DNA of 64,000 nucleotides from an uncultured Rhabdochlamydiaceae bacterium (GTDB lineage Bacteria; Chlamydiota; Chlamydiia; Chlamydiales; Rhabdochlamydiaceae): NCBI GenBank assembly GCA_963712275.1, contig CAVQHD010000001.1, positions 1,280,001 to 1,344,000 of the forward strand, read 5' to 3'. Shown piece by piece: positions 41,253 to 51,066 of this stretch (position 1 is its first letter; each line of letters starts with the position of its first letter). The notes under the pieces were generated by a model. It saw only the letters and a program-made list of their open reading frames with translations, ran no database searches and was not told where the DNA came from. The position numbers and the translations under genes were made by a program.

Positions 41253-41891
41253 TTAGCTTGATCGATACGCAAGATGAAGTGCTTGCCGCTCTGTCCAGAA
41301 GTTTCTAGCACAGAGAAGCGTCAGCCCGATTTTTGAAACCATTTCAATAAAGTTTTTTCTCTTAGTGAAGGCCTCAATTCCTCTTGTACAGACTTGTAAA
41401 AAGAGGGATAGGGTTCGACATTCTAAAGAGTCATACTTGAGGGTGGCAATGTTGAGAATGTCAATTGATAAGTCTAAATAACATATCAAATGGGATTTTT
41501 TCTGCATCCTTTTGAAGTCAAGTTTTAGAGCATTCATCACCAGTGAACGAGCTACTTCGAAGCTCTTTAAAAGACTAGGCTTCAAAGAACCAACTTCGAT
41601 TGTGATTACAGAAAAAATAAGACCAATGCTTCCCAAAACTCGATTTTTCTTATTTTTGTTGGATTTTCCGTTAATTCCTTCATAGATCTGAACCGCTTCA
41701 AAAAGGCATCGCACATACCTTCCTTTTTCCGGAAAGAGCGGTGTGATTAAAGAAAATACTCTTGTCCCACACGCAATGAGTTGTTTGATAAGAGCGTCTT
41801 TTCCTGAAGATGTTGGAGTATAATAAAGATCTAAGTGATTGAAAATATGAGCGTTTGGGCGGTCAATCAACTTAGTCAATGAAGCAAACAT
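41253..41891 (-). CDS. Hypothetical protein, tandem paralog B
   Basis: 212 aa; same first 20 aa and LKYDSLECRTLSLFLQ motif as paralog A. Confidence 0.7.
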   Translation of the reverse strand: MFASLTKLIDRPNAHIFNHLDLYYTPTSSGKDALIKQLIACGTRVFSLITPLFPEKGRYVRCLFEAVQIYEGINGKSNKNKKNRVLGSIGLIFSVITIEVGSLKPSLLKSFEVARSLVMNALKLDFKRMQKKSHLICYLDLSIDILNIATLKYDSLECRTLSLFLQVCTRGIEAFTKRKNFIEMVSKIGLTLLCARNFWTERQALHLAYRSS

Positions 41892-41968
41892 ACTCTCTCC
41901 TCATGGGTAGAAAAATGATAAACAAGAACGAAATTTAACAGGCTTCTACTATTTTTGCATAGAAAGTT

Positions 41969-43588
41969 TTAGCTTGCAGAGCTGAATAATGCTTGCACTT
42001 TGGCAAGGGTTATTTTCAGAAGGTCGATGTTGAAAATGACTTTGCAACGTGCTTCGAGTGCAGCTTTTACGCCTGCTGGTGCATCTATCGGAGTATTGTA
42101 ATAGTCTAATACGAGATTCAAATGGTTGAAGATCCCTTCGAGTTGCGCAAGCCACTTCTCTCTGTCAGGGAGGAGCATAGTGAGGTCCACAAAGAAAACG
42201 TACATGGAACGGTAGGCGCTTATGCAATTCGTCCAACCCGAAGCATAGGTCATGTCGTTGAAACTGGCAGGGTCAACGAATTTTAAGTTTTCGCCCATCA
42301 CCTTGATTTTATGAGTAGAAGAAATATAAAAATATTTTTTCAAGTTAGCAACGCGAGATAACGTCGAAGCGATGGTTTTTAAGTAGGTTAAATTCTCAAG
42401 AGAAACGGATTTCAGTTGATCGAGAGAAATTCCATCAAAATGTTCCATCAAGAGGTAGATATCATTCACCTCTTGAACGACTTTTTCGCCGCTTTTTTGC
42501 ATAATCTCTTTGGAATAGACATTTTGAATGGCTTTGAATACTTGAATAATATTGGGATCTCCCACTTGAGAGATAGCAAGTGCTTGCGAGACTTCTCGTG
42601 TTCTTGAATCATTGCCGGCCATTGCTGTAATGAGTTGAATAGGGGAGGTGAAGAGGTGAGAAATTCCCAACTTTGCCATTCTTTCACTTTGCGTGAAAAG
42701 TCGTTTGAGGACTTTGGTTTTCCCATCGACATCTTTCACAAGGAAAGACTCTCCAGAAAAGGAATCTGCCCCTAAATATTGAAGAACGGTCAGTGAGCCG
42801 AGTTCTGCAGAACCTGTGCCTTTCTCAAAGAGAACAGCTGCTTGCGGAATGTCGATAGCTGAGCAAAGGTTTTGCGCGAGGTTTGGTGTTGAAGGGGCTG
42901 GGTCCTTTGATGGAATAGGGTCTTGCTCTAAAGGAATCGGAGCTAAAGAAATAGAAGCCGGTTGGAAAGCGGCATAAAGTTCTTTCCCTGTTGAAACGGC
43001 ATTCATCGCTCGGAGGATACTAAGCCCTCCATGAACTCCCATTTCAAGGTAAGATCGGTTAGTCCATGCTTTTTTAAGGTCTAATGCTCCTGCGAGGAGT
43101 TGCAAAGAGTGGGAGAGGAACCGAAGCTCTAAAGAGTTATAGCGAATAAGAGTGAGATTCACTGCATCAACCATTAAGTGGAGAAAAGCGCGAACGCCTT
43201 CAATACGTTCATTGTTCTGATAGGCGTTATAGATTTCTTTGGAGTGCGCCCAGAAAGCACGTCCAGCTTCAAGAACTTTAAATTGGTCAGGAGCAAAGAG
43301 AAAAGCGTAAATTGAAAAAGCTGAGAGCGCTCCTTTCGCCATTTTCTCGGCGGATGGGTTTGTAGCACATGAGAAAAAATCAGGAAGGATACGGAGAGGA
43401 GCCGCTAGGATTGGAGAGGCAGCAGCAATTAAAGGAAATCCTTGCGCGAAAGATTTAAAAATATTTGTGAGTAAAGATTTAACAATATTTGTGAGTGAAG
43501 GGCTATATTGGAATTCACCCTTAAATGGATCTATGTTTAAATGTGTTAAAACAGGGTTTTGTTCAGTACGAATCAGTAAGCTTGACAT
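41969..43588 (-). CDS. Fusion of the tandem-paralog domain with a protein kinase-like (pseudokinase) domain
   Basis: IRYNSLELRFLSHSLQ; LQYLGADSFSGESFLV, KVLK, YLLMEHFDG, LKFVD; no HRD. Confidence 0.6.
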   Translation of the reverse strand: MSSLLIRTEQNPVLTHLNIDPFKGEFQYSPSLTNIVKSLLTNIFKSFAQGFPLIAAASPILAAPLRILPDFFSCATNPSAEKMAKGALSAFSIYAFLFAPDQFKVLEAGRAFWAHSKEIYNAYQNNERIEGVRAFLHLMVDAVNLTLIRYNSLELRFLSHSLQLLAGALDLKKAWTNRSYLEMGVHGGLSILRAMNAVSTGKELYAAFQPASISLAPIPLEQDPIPSKDPAPSTPNLAQNLCSAIDIPQAAVLFEKGTGSAELGSLTVLQYLGADSFSGESFLVKDVDGKTKVLKRLFTQSERMAKLGISHLFTSPIQLITAMAGNDSRTREVSQALAISQVGDPNIIQVFKAIQNVYSKEIMQKSGEKVVQEVNDIYLLMEHFDGISLDQLKSVSLENLTYLKTIASTLSRVANLKKYFYISSTHKIKVMGENLKFVDPASFNDMTYASGWTNCISAYRSMYVFFVDLTMLLPDREKWLAQLEGIFNHLNLVLDYYNTPIDAPAGVKAALEARCKVIFNIDLLKITLAKVQALFSSAS

Positions 43589-43679
43589 ATTTCCTCCGAA
43601 ATCGTTTTCAATGAAGATAACAAAACTCATTAATTAAGCACAGATTTAAAACTAATTAAATTAAAGAAACTAAATTTTT

Positions 43680-44504
43680 TTATCTTGATTTTCCGACCCA
43701 GCGGAGCTTGGAGCGGAGGGTTGAAAAATAGTCTTGTCGGTGGAGGTTGACAAGTTTGAATTTGCGGCTGCTGCGGCGGATCCGAAATGTTTCGCCCGTG
43801 GCAAGAGGGAAGGGGGGAAGTCCATCGGCTCTGACCTCGACGGGAGGGTAGGGGCTGAGGTATTGGAGCTGAATCTCTTGGTTTGCGGTCAGGACAATAG
43901 GTCTATTGGAGATGGTATGTGGAGAGATGGGGGTGATGACGATTGCTTCAAGCGTTGGACTGACAATGGGTCCGCCGGCTGCTAGAGAATAGGCGGTCGA
44001 ACCAGTGGGGGTGGCAATGATGATTCCGTCGGCTTCAAAGGTGTTGAGGTAAAGGCCGCCGACATGGATGGAAATTTCGATCATGCTGGGATTAGGGGAT
44101 CTATGGATGACGATGTCATTGACTGCAAAACAAGAGGCTGCTTCCAGAATGAGTCTTTCTTCGATGGTATAGGCTCCCTTGATGAGATCTTCCAGGCTAG
44201 GATAGAGATCGTCGATCTGCACGTCGGCCATAAAGCCGAGGTGGCCAGTATTGATGCCTAAAATGGGGGCATCGATGTTGGGGTATTGATGCGCAAGGCT
44301 TAAGATAGTCCCGTCTCCTCCAAGAGAGAGGATAAAATCAATAGCGGAAGGGTCGGCCTTGGAAAGGGGAGTTGCGTTGAATGCTTCAGCGTCGGAGTCC
44401 TCTGTCACGACTTGAACGCCGTGTGTCAAAAAAAATTCTCGAACTTTGAAGGCAAGCTCCTTCGATTGCCGAAGATGGTGGCTGGGGAAAAGAGCGACGA
44501 TCAT
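43680..44504 (-). CDS. nadK: NAD kinase
   Basis: LGGDGT, GHLGF, ND, ADG.IIATPTGSTAYSLAAGG. Confidence 0.96.
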   Translation of the reverse strand: MIVALFPSHHLRQSKELAFKVREFFLTHGVQVVTEDSDAEAFNATPLSKADPSAIDFILSLGGDGTILSLAHQYPNIDAPILGINTGHLGFMADVQIDDLYPSLEDLIKGAYTIEERLILEAASCFAVNDIVIHRSPNPSMIEISIHVGGLYLNTFEADGIIIATPTGSTAYSLAAGGPIVSPTLEAIVITPISPHTISNRPIVLTANQEIQLQYLSPYPPVEVRADGLPPFPLATGETFRIRRSSRKFKLVNLHRQDYFSTLRSKLRWVGKSR

Positions 44505-44734
44505 AGGAAAGATTCTTTCACAGGCTCTCCTGCTTCGCTTATGATGAGCTCGCCGGCTCGATTTTTAACGAGGATTTCTATTCTTTTTTCCACCTCGGAG
44601 AGCTTTTTTTGGCAGGAGAGAATCAAGCTATCGGCCTCTTCATACAACTTTAAGGAGTCGTCGAGGGCAACTTTGCCCGAATTCATCGCCTCCAAGATTT
44701 TTTCAAGCCTTTGATATGCCTCTTCAAACTTCAT
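44501..44734 (-). CDS. xseB: Exodeoxyribonuclease VII small subunit
   Basis: FEEAYQRLEKI...LDDSLKLYEE. Confidence 0.93.
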   Translation of the reverse strand: MKFEEAYQRLEKILEAMNSGKVALDDSLKLYEEADSLILSCQKKLSEVEKRIEILVKNRAGELIISEAGEPVKESFL

Positions 44735-45989
44735 AAATTTGTCCTTTCACAGCTCCATCATGTAAAACGATCCGAACTCGATCATCGATCTGGAGATCTT
44801 TAGAAGAAACAATAGCTGAGTGGCTGTTTTCTCGAAAGAGAATGGAGTACCCTTTTTTTAAAAGATTTTTAGGATCAATTGCTTTTAAATGAGCGGTGAG
44901 CTGCTGAAGTTTTTCTTTGAGATGGACGATCCGGATGCGGGGATCGGCGCCCGTCAGCTGTCTTTTGAGCCCCTCGAGCTGGAGCTGTTTGGAGTGGAGA
45001 AGCTGCTTAATAGTCTGCTCGGCTCTATCGGCGTAGTCATCGAGTCGTTGAGATGCGTTTTCAAGAAGGGCAAAAGGAGACGAAAGAAGGGGGTGCCTTT
45101 GAAGGCTCTGAACTTTTTGATGGGAGGCGCTTATTAGGTAAGCCATCGATTGATCGACCCGCTTTTGAAGGGCGCTAAGGTGGGCAAGATGCTGATCTGC
45201 AGCGGCCATCACAATCTCTGCGGCCGCAGAAGGGGTGGGCGCGCGCAAGTCTGCCACGAAATCGGAAATGGAGAAATCGGTTTCATGGCCGACAGCTGAG
45301 ATTACCGGGATTTGGGAGCGGTAAATGGCCTGCGCGACGATCTCTTCATTAAAAGGCCAGAGATCTTCAAGACTTCCTCCGCCTCGGCCGATGATGAGGA
45401 CATCGGCAAGCTGGTACCGATTGAACTCATCAATTGCCTTGGCGATCTCTTGCGCTGCGCCCTCTCCTTGGACTTTCACAGGGCTTAAGATGAGGTGAAA
45501 GCCCGCATGTCTGCGGCTTAAAATATTTAAGATATCTTGAATGACAGCGCCCGTGGGGCTTGTGACAACACCGATTGTTTTGGGAGAGGTGGGGAGCGGC
45601 TTTTTACGCCCTTTGTCAAACCACCCCAGCCCTTCAAGCTTTGTTTTAAGGGTATGGAGTTTTAAGAGAAGTTCGCCGACGCCTGCAAACTGCAGCTGTC
45701 GAATAATGAGTTGGTAATTGCCTCGAGGGGCATAGACACTGATTTCCCCTTGGACGATCACCTGGTCGCCGTTTTTGGGAAGGCGAGTAAGTCCTATTGC
45801 ATTGCCTCGAAATAAAACGGCGGAGATCTGCGCTTCGGCATCTTTTAGGGTTAGATAAAGATGTCCGGAAGATTGTTCTTTAAAATTGGTAATTTCTCCT
45901 TGAACTTTGACAACTGGAAACCTCCCTTCAAGAAGTTTTTTAATCGAAAGGGTCAGCTCGGAGACGGATAAAATGCCACTGGCTTGCAT
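44724..45989 (-). CDS. xseA: Exodeoxyribonuclease VII large subunit
   Basis: SGHLYLTLKD, RGGGSLEDL, SAVGHETD, RAPTPSAAAE. Confidence 0.96.
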   Translation of the reverse strand: MQASGILSVSELTLSIKKLLEGRFPVVKVQGEITNFKEQSSGHLYLTLKDAEAQISAVLFRGNAIGLTRLPKNGDQVIVQGEISVYAPRGNYQLIIRQLQFAGVGELLLKLHTLKTKLEGLGWFDKGRKKPLPTSPKTIGVVTSPTGAVIQDILNILSRRHAGFHLILSPVKVQGEGAAQEIAKAIDEFNRYQLADVLIIGRGGGSLEDLWPFNEEIVAQAIYRSQIPVISAVGHETDFSISDFVADLRAPTPSAAAEIVMAAADQHLAHLSALQKRVDQSMAYLISASHQKVQSLQRHPLLSSPFALLENASQRLDDYADRAEQTIKQLLHSKQLQLEGLKRQLTGADPRIRIVHLKEKLQQLTAHLKAIDPKNLLKKGYSILFRENSHSAIVSSKDLQIDDRVRIVLHDGAVKGQIYEV

Positions 45990-46019
45990 TTGCACTCTCC
46001 TTTAGATTACAATGGAAGG

Positions 46020-46766
46020 ATGTTAAAAAGTAAGCCTATTATTGCCGCCAATTGGAAAATGCACAAGACGAGACGCGAGGTGGAAGATTTTTTTAAGACC
46101 TTCAAGCTGGAGGATGAAGAGAAGCAGATTTGGATTGCCCCTTCTGCAACTCTCATACACCTCGCAGCAGAGCGGACCACAGGGTCACCCATCTGGATAG
46201 GAGCGCAAAATATTTATTTTGAGTCTCAGGGCGCTTTTACAGGGGAGACCTCGGCAGCTCAGGCAGCTGATGCTGGAGCACGGTTTGTCATCATCGGCCA
46301 TTCAGAGAGACGGTGTCTTTTTGGTGAAACGAGCGTCCAGATTGCCCTGAAGATTGAGCAGGCCTTAAATCATCGTCTAATTCCTCTTCTTTGCGTTGGG
46401 GAGTCGCATGAAGAAAGGCAGGAGGGAAAAACAGCGGCTATTTTAAAAACCCAATTAACACAAGCGCTTCAAAAAATCTCTTTATTTGAGGGGGTTATTG
46501 CCTACGAGCCGGTTTGGGCAATTGGCACAGGGCAGAGTGCAACTGCTGGAGTCATTGAAGAGGCGCACGCGATTTGCCGTGCCGTTTTAACCCAAATGTG
46601 GGGGCATGCCGCTGCAGAGCGCATTCCGGTTCTGTATGGAGGGTCGGTGACGCATGAGAATGCCGCCTTCCTTTCTCGCATAAAAGGAGTTGACGGCGTG
46701 CTGGTAGGTGGTGCATCCTTAGAAGTACGTTCATTCACATCGATTATTCAAGGTTACGGAGTATGA
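46020..46766 (+). CDS. tpiA: Triosephosphate isomerase
   Basis: ANWKM, IGHSERR, AYEPVWAIGTG, YGGSV, LVGGASL. Confidence 0.97.
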   Translation: MLKSKPIIAANWKMHKTRREVEDFFKTFKLEDEEKQIWIAPSATLIHLAAERTTGSPIWIGAQNIYFESQGAFTGETSAAQAADAGARFVIIGHSERRCLFGETSVQIALKIEQALNHRLIPLLCVGESHEERQEGKTAAILKTQLTQALQKISLFEGVIAYEPVWAIGTGQSATAGVIEEAHAICRAVLTQMWGHAAAERIPVLYGGSVTHENAAFLSRIKGVDGVLVGGASLEVRSFTSIIQGYGV

Positions 46767-47053
46767 TGTTTTTATTTTATCTTGCCATCGTTCTTTTTGT
46801 TCTTTTGTGCGGGGTCCTTTGTCTTACGATTCTTGTTCAAGAAAGCAAAAGTTTGGGACTTGGAGCTTCATTTGGAGGAGATGCCGGAGAGTCGCTCTTT
46901 GGAACTTCAACAGCAGCTGTTCTTAAAAAATTTACAGCTTGGCTTGGGGTCGTGTTTATTATTGCCTGTGTGTTGCTCTCGATTTGGTCTTCAGCTATCA
47001 GCGAGGGAGCGGTTGAATCTCTTCCTATGACAATTGAGGAGATGCACCCTTGA
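46763..47053 (+). CDS. secG: Preprotein translocase subunit SecG
   Basis: TM-QESKSLGLGASFGG...SLFG...LKKFT-TM. Confidence 0.93.
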   Translation: MMFLFYLAIVLFVLLCGVLCLTILVQESKSLGLGASFGGDAGESLFGTSTAAVLKKFTAWLGVVFIIACVLLSIWSSAISEGAVESLPMTIEEMHP

Positions 47054-47577
47054 ACCTGCCTCTTTGCTACTATGGGAATCCCATCTTGCGCAAAAAAGCA
47101 GAGCCTATCGTAGAAATCACGGATGAGATCCGTCATCTTGCCCAAGAGATGGTTGAAACCATGGACAGCAATAACGGGATCGGGCTTGCTGCCCCTCAGA
47201 TTGGCCGCTCCATCCGCTTCTTTGTTCTTCGTCGGTATTTGCATGCGACAGATGACAAATGGACTCTTTCTGCCGATCCTGTTGTTTACATCAATCCGAA
47301 AATTGTATCCCATAGCACAGAGACATGGATCACAGATGAAGGATGCCTTTCAATTCCTAAAATCTATCTTCCTGTTGAAAGGCCGATCAAAATCAAAGTT
47401 GAATCGACACGCCTCGATGGGACTCATGTGATCGAAGAGCTTGAAGGGATGAACGCCCGGGTTATTCTTCACGAAAATGACCATATCAACGGCGTTCTCT
47501 TCATCGATCGCGTGGAAAAGAAATTTCTGCACGACGTTGAAGGTAAGCTTCGGGCCCTCAAGCTTAAGTATGCATAA
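47050..47577 (+). CDS. def: Peptide deformylase
   Basis: GIGLAAPQIG, EGCLS, HENDH. Confidence 0.97.
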   Translation: MNLPLCYYGNPILRKKAEPIVEITDEIRHLAQEMVETMDSNNGIGLAAPQIGRSIRFFVLRRYLHATDDKWTLSADPVVYINPKIVSHSTETWITDEGCLSIPKIYLPVERPIKIKVESTRLDGTHVIEELEGMNARVILHENDHINGVLFIDRVEKKFLHDVEGKLRALKLKYA

Positions 47578-47686
47578 AGAGGGAGCTCCCTCTAAGTTGT
47601 TGATAGTTAATCATTAAAATAATTTTTTTAAATGCAAAAATTACATTATAATTAATTTAATTTTTAGTGTATAATTAATTATTAAT

Positions 47687-49375
47687 ATGATTCCACATAG
47701 TTTTATTAACCAGTTTGTAAATTTATGTAAACATACCTACGGGACTCCTATCACGGCCGCTCCTGAGGGTCCTTCCCTATTGAGCCAAATTCAAAATGTG
47801 GCAAATAGCCTAGGAGGCGCCCACCTGATTGCCAAGGGTAAATCTCATATGGCGCAATCAGTAGGCACAGCCTTAGGAGCATCTTATCCCGAAGCCGTGG
47901 TGGCCTTTTCTTTGGTCAGGAGAGCTGCTGGAGAGATGATCCCAGATTCCAATGAAAAAGAGGCTTCCCCAAAAAAAGAGTGGGTTGTTTGGTCTGCAGG
48001 GGCGGCAGCTGGACTGACTGTTTGGGCTTTATCGATCAGTTTATCGTATCTGGCTTCTGATGCGTCGGCAGAGCTGCAGGCGATTGCTTTCATGGTTAAA
48101 AGCGCCGGAATGATTCTTGGGGGAATGGAAGGGCAGGCTTTCATAGGTCAAAAGACGCCTGCTTCCCATCCAACTCGAGCATTACAGAGTTTAATTGCTC
48201 GAGATCTAGTGGAAGCCGTAGGAAGATCGATTCCCGTTCCCCTCTCTTTAACCCTTGTTGCAAGTGTGGTCGGAGTTGCCATGAAAACGGTTGCGGGTGT
48301 GACAGGGTATTATGCCGAACCTCTTTCTCATTTAGCGGTTGAAATCTATCATCGAGAGCCTTCAACCACAAATCCGTACAATCCTGGAGAAGTGATCAAA
48401 ACAGTCAATCAGCTGTGTGGAGAAGTTTTCTTAGGCCCTCAGCAACTGGCTGCGCAATTGAAATGCCACTTATTCGTCGGAGGGATGGCTCATTCCATTC
48501 TAAAAGGGGTCATTGAGGATAAAATCGCCACCAATGTCATGGTTCGGTCGTTGAACCAGTATCGAAAAGTGGTCCAAGATCCTCAGATCCAGCTTGCCAT
48601 CGAATACTTTATCAACCCTCAAGCGGCTATTCAAGGTGACGTTATTTCTTTGATTAACAATAAGATATATGATGCAGCAGGGCTTAGCATGACTGAATGG
48701 GCGATTGTAAAAATATTTCAAAATCGTAACTCTGAGACCATTTTTGCAAAAGTTAAGCAAATGACATCCCAGATTCAAGCAGGGGAAATACAGCTGATTG
48801 GATTTGCCCTATCAAATCGTGATAAAATGGAGCAGCTTCTTAGAGTCCATGCGGTCTGTTATTTGCCGCTTGCTTTGATTCACTTGATGAGAAGCACATC
48901 GACACGCCTAGATGATGAAGCAGAAAAAGAGCCTGATTTAACAGAGGATGAAGTCCATGATTTCTACTTGAGCGCCAATGAGATTCTTTTTAGCCCCTAT
49001 GCAGATTATCGATGGGCTAAGGGGATAAAAAAAATGATTGGATATGGCCTTCCTTTTATTCTGAAAGATAAAAAAATCGTGCCTTTATTGATGGAAAAAA
49101 TCGTTCAAGGAGAAGTTGCAAAGTATACCCCTTCAGATAAAGCGGTTTCTTTAAAGGCACAAGTCCGCACACAATTGTTTAAGGTTTTCAGAGCTTTTTG
49201 GGATTTTTTTGATAAGGCAACTCGTCGATTAAGAGGACAGATACGGAGTCTACAGCACGCAAAACGGTATGCTCAAATGAAAAAACAGGAGCTATCGACA
49301 GAGAAGCACCGAGTGCCTAAGGAGTTTTCGATGAGCAGGACATTTCTAGATTCTAAGAAAAGAAGGCGTAGCTAA
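47687..49375 (+). CDS. Hypothetical protein (putative effector)
   Basis: 562 aa ORF after an AT-rich promoter region; no recognisable motif. Confidence 0.65.
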   Translation: MIPHSFINQFVNLCKHTYGTPITAAPEGPSLLSQIQNVANSLGGAHLIAKGKSHMAQSVGTALGASYPEAVVAFSLVRRAAGEMIPDSNEKEASPKKEWVVWSAGAAAGLTVWALSISLSYLASDASAELQAIAFMVKSAGMILGGMEGQAFIGQKTPASHPTRALQSLIARDLVEAVGRSIPVPLSLTLVASVVGVAMKTVAGVTGYYAEPLSHLAVEIYHREPSTTNPYNPGEVIKTVNQLCGEVFLGPQQLAAQLKCHLFVGGMAHSILKGVIEDKIATNVMVRSLNQYRKVVQDPQIQLAIEYFINPQAAIQGDVISLINNKIYDAAGLSMTEWAIVKIFQNRNSETIFAKVKQMTSQIQAGEIQLIGFALSNRDKMEQLLRVHAVCYLPLALIHLMRSTSTRLDDEAEKEPDLTEDEVHDFYLSANEILFSPYADYRWAKGIKKMIGYGLPFILKDKKIVPLLMEKIVQGEVAKYTPSDKAVSLKAQVRTQLFKVFRAFWDFFDKATRRLRGQIRSLQHAKRYAQMKKQELSTEKHRVPKEFSMSRTFLDSKKRRRS

Positions 49376-49379
49376 GAAA

Positions 49380-49625
49380 TTATTTATTTACGGGCCCTAA
49401 AAGCTCATCCACTGGAATAACCGCTTGCGTAGTGAGCTCTTCGACAGACCTGCCCATAAACACTTGCACAGAGCAGCCACGGCTTTTATATAATTCCAAA
49501 ACTTTTTGAGTCAGTTTGCTTATATCAGCCGCCGCCTCTGCAAAGAGGTAAGAAGAAGGAGGTGCCACTCGTCCACTTTCTACTCTGGAGACTTCGAAAA
49601 CAATGCATAAAGATGAAATGGTCAT
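49380..49625 (-). CDS. Small hypothetical protein downstream of the RSH-domain gene
   Basis: 81 aa ORF starting 12 bp after the reconstructed stop at 49638. Confidence 0.45.
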   Translation of the reverse strand: MTISSLCIVFEVSRVESGRVAPPSSYLFAEAAADISKLTQKVLELYKSRGCSVQVFMGRSVEELTTQAVIPVDELLGPVNK

Positions 49626-49751
49626 AGAGTTCTTATTTTATAGTTTTGCCTGTTGGTTTCGTTGCTTCTGAAGTACAGTTTCTACGATTTCCCTCAATAG
49701 GTCAAGGGCGGAAATCAGTGCCTCGTCTGTGAGCTTTTCCGTCAGGACAAT

Positions 49752-51066
49752 CAGGGCCTTCTGATGAAAAAGTTTTGACAGATTACCTCACAAATATCTT
49801 GCCTAAAATTCCTCTGAGATATTTCGGCTCATAAGTGCAACATTTTCGAGCAGTAGAGAATCCTCGGTCGGGGTCTATTGCTTTGATTATATTCATAGAA
49901 AGACGCCTAAAAAAAGCCATGTTTTCAGCTATGAACCCAGCTTTTGCTTGAGCATCGTCTTCCTTGAAGATTACATCCAAGACCCAATGCAAAGGATTTT
50001 CAATTGACCAATGACCTCGGGTCCATCCTGCAAATTCCTTTGCGGTGCCTTTTCGGCTTGAGAAGTAATATCGGATTTCGGAAGTCTTTTTACTATTTAT
50101 CTCCCTTTCAGAGACTACTTCAACGATGGCCTTTAAGGCAGGCCAGGTTGCCGTTTGCGGCAACCAGTCCAATACTGTACATACGCATATCGATCGTTGT
50201 TCGATTCTACCGTGACCTTTTTCTGGAGAAGGAAGATACCTTTCCACTTCGACTTCTTCATATTCGGCTTCTCGAGCCTGATCGAAAAAATTCTGTGCTT
50301 CAGCATGGAAATTCCCCTGGTTTCCCTTGAGTCCAATCAGATAATCAGCTCCATGATTTAAAAACTTTTGTGCACTTGCAACATGAGCAAAAAGGGCATC
50401 TGTCGAGATCAGGGCGCCATTTACATCTACGTCTTTCAACAAAGCATCAATTACTCTTGGCTCTGACGACTTATCTGGCACTTTTTCCTGGGCCAGTACA
50501 AGCCTTTGTTCGGCTGCAAATAACTCGACAAGGTGAACGAGACTGTCTGTCGTAGAGACCCCCTTCAGACGTTTGCCGTCGATGACAAGTAGTTGGTCTT
50601 GTAATTGCTGAGGAATGTTCGCAAACCACTTTTTTAGCAATTGCTTAAAAACCCCTGGGGATAACCTTGCAAGAAGCCACCAGAGTGTATCATAGGAGGG
50701 CGCTGGGAAAGTCCGATTGACTGACTTGTTGATCCATTCAATATTGAGCTCGGCATAGACGGCAAGATCGGCCACAGTATCAGCTCCACTGAGATATCCG
50801 CTAAGAATGACCAACATCAAAAACCAAAACGGGTATTGGATCTTGGAAAGCTGCCTTGGGTCATCCGTATCTGGGAAAGCTCCTTGGACGGAGCCTGCAA
50901 ATTGTTCTATATCAATGTCTTGTTTTAGTTCAGAAAATCGTGGGTCTCTGGTTTTTCGACTGGGCATATTCACTCTCCTATATCGGAGAGATGAAAACAA
51001 AAGACTTTGATTTATAGCCAAGAAAATTTTACGCGACTGTCAAAACTTTTTCATCAGAAGGCCCTG
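49752..51066 (-). mobile_element. ISAs1-family insertion sequence
   Basis: Perfect 30-bp IRs CAGGGCCTTCTGATGAAAAAGTTTTGACAG; 10-bp TSD TCAGGACAAT (49742-51, 51067-76). Confidence 0.95.
49783..50967 (-). CDS. ISAs1 family transposase
   Basis: DPR, PSYDT, IDGK, KGNQ, KGHGRIEQR, RGHWSIEN.LHWVLDV.F.ED. Confidence 0.94.
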   Translation of the reverse strand: MPSRKTRDPRFSELKQDIDIEQFAGSVQGAFPDTDDPRQLSKIQYPFWFLMLVILSGYLSGADTVADLAVYAELNIEWINKSVNRTFPAPSYDTLWWLLARLSPGVFKQLLKKWFANIPQQLQDQLLVIDGKRLKGVSTTDSLVHLVELFAAEQRLVLAQEKVPDKSSEPRVIDALLKDVDVNGALISTDALFAHVASAQKFLNHGADYLIGLKGNQGNFHAEAQNFFDQAREAEYEEVEVERYLPSPEKGHGRIEQRSICVCTVLDWLPQTATWPALKAIVEVVSEREINSKKTSEIRYYFSSRKGTAKEFAGWTRGHWSIENPLHWVLDVIFKEDDAQAKAGFIAENMAFFRRLSMNIIKAIDPDRGFSTARKCCTYEPKYLRGILGKIFVR

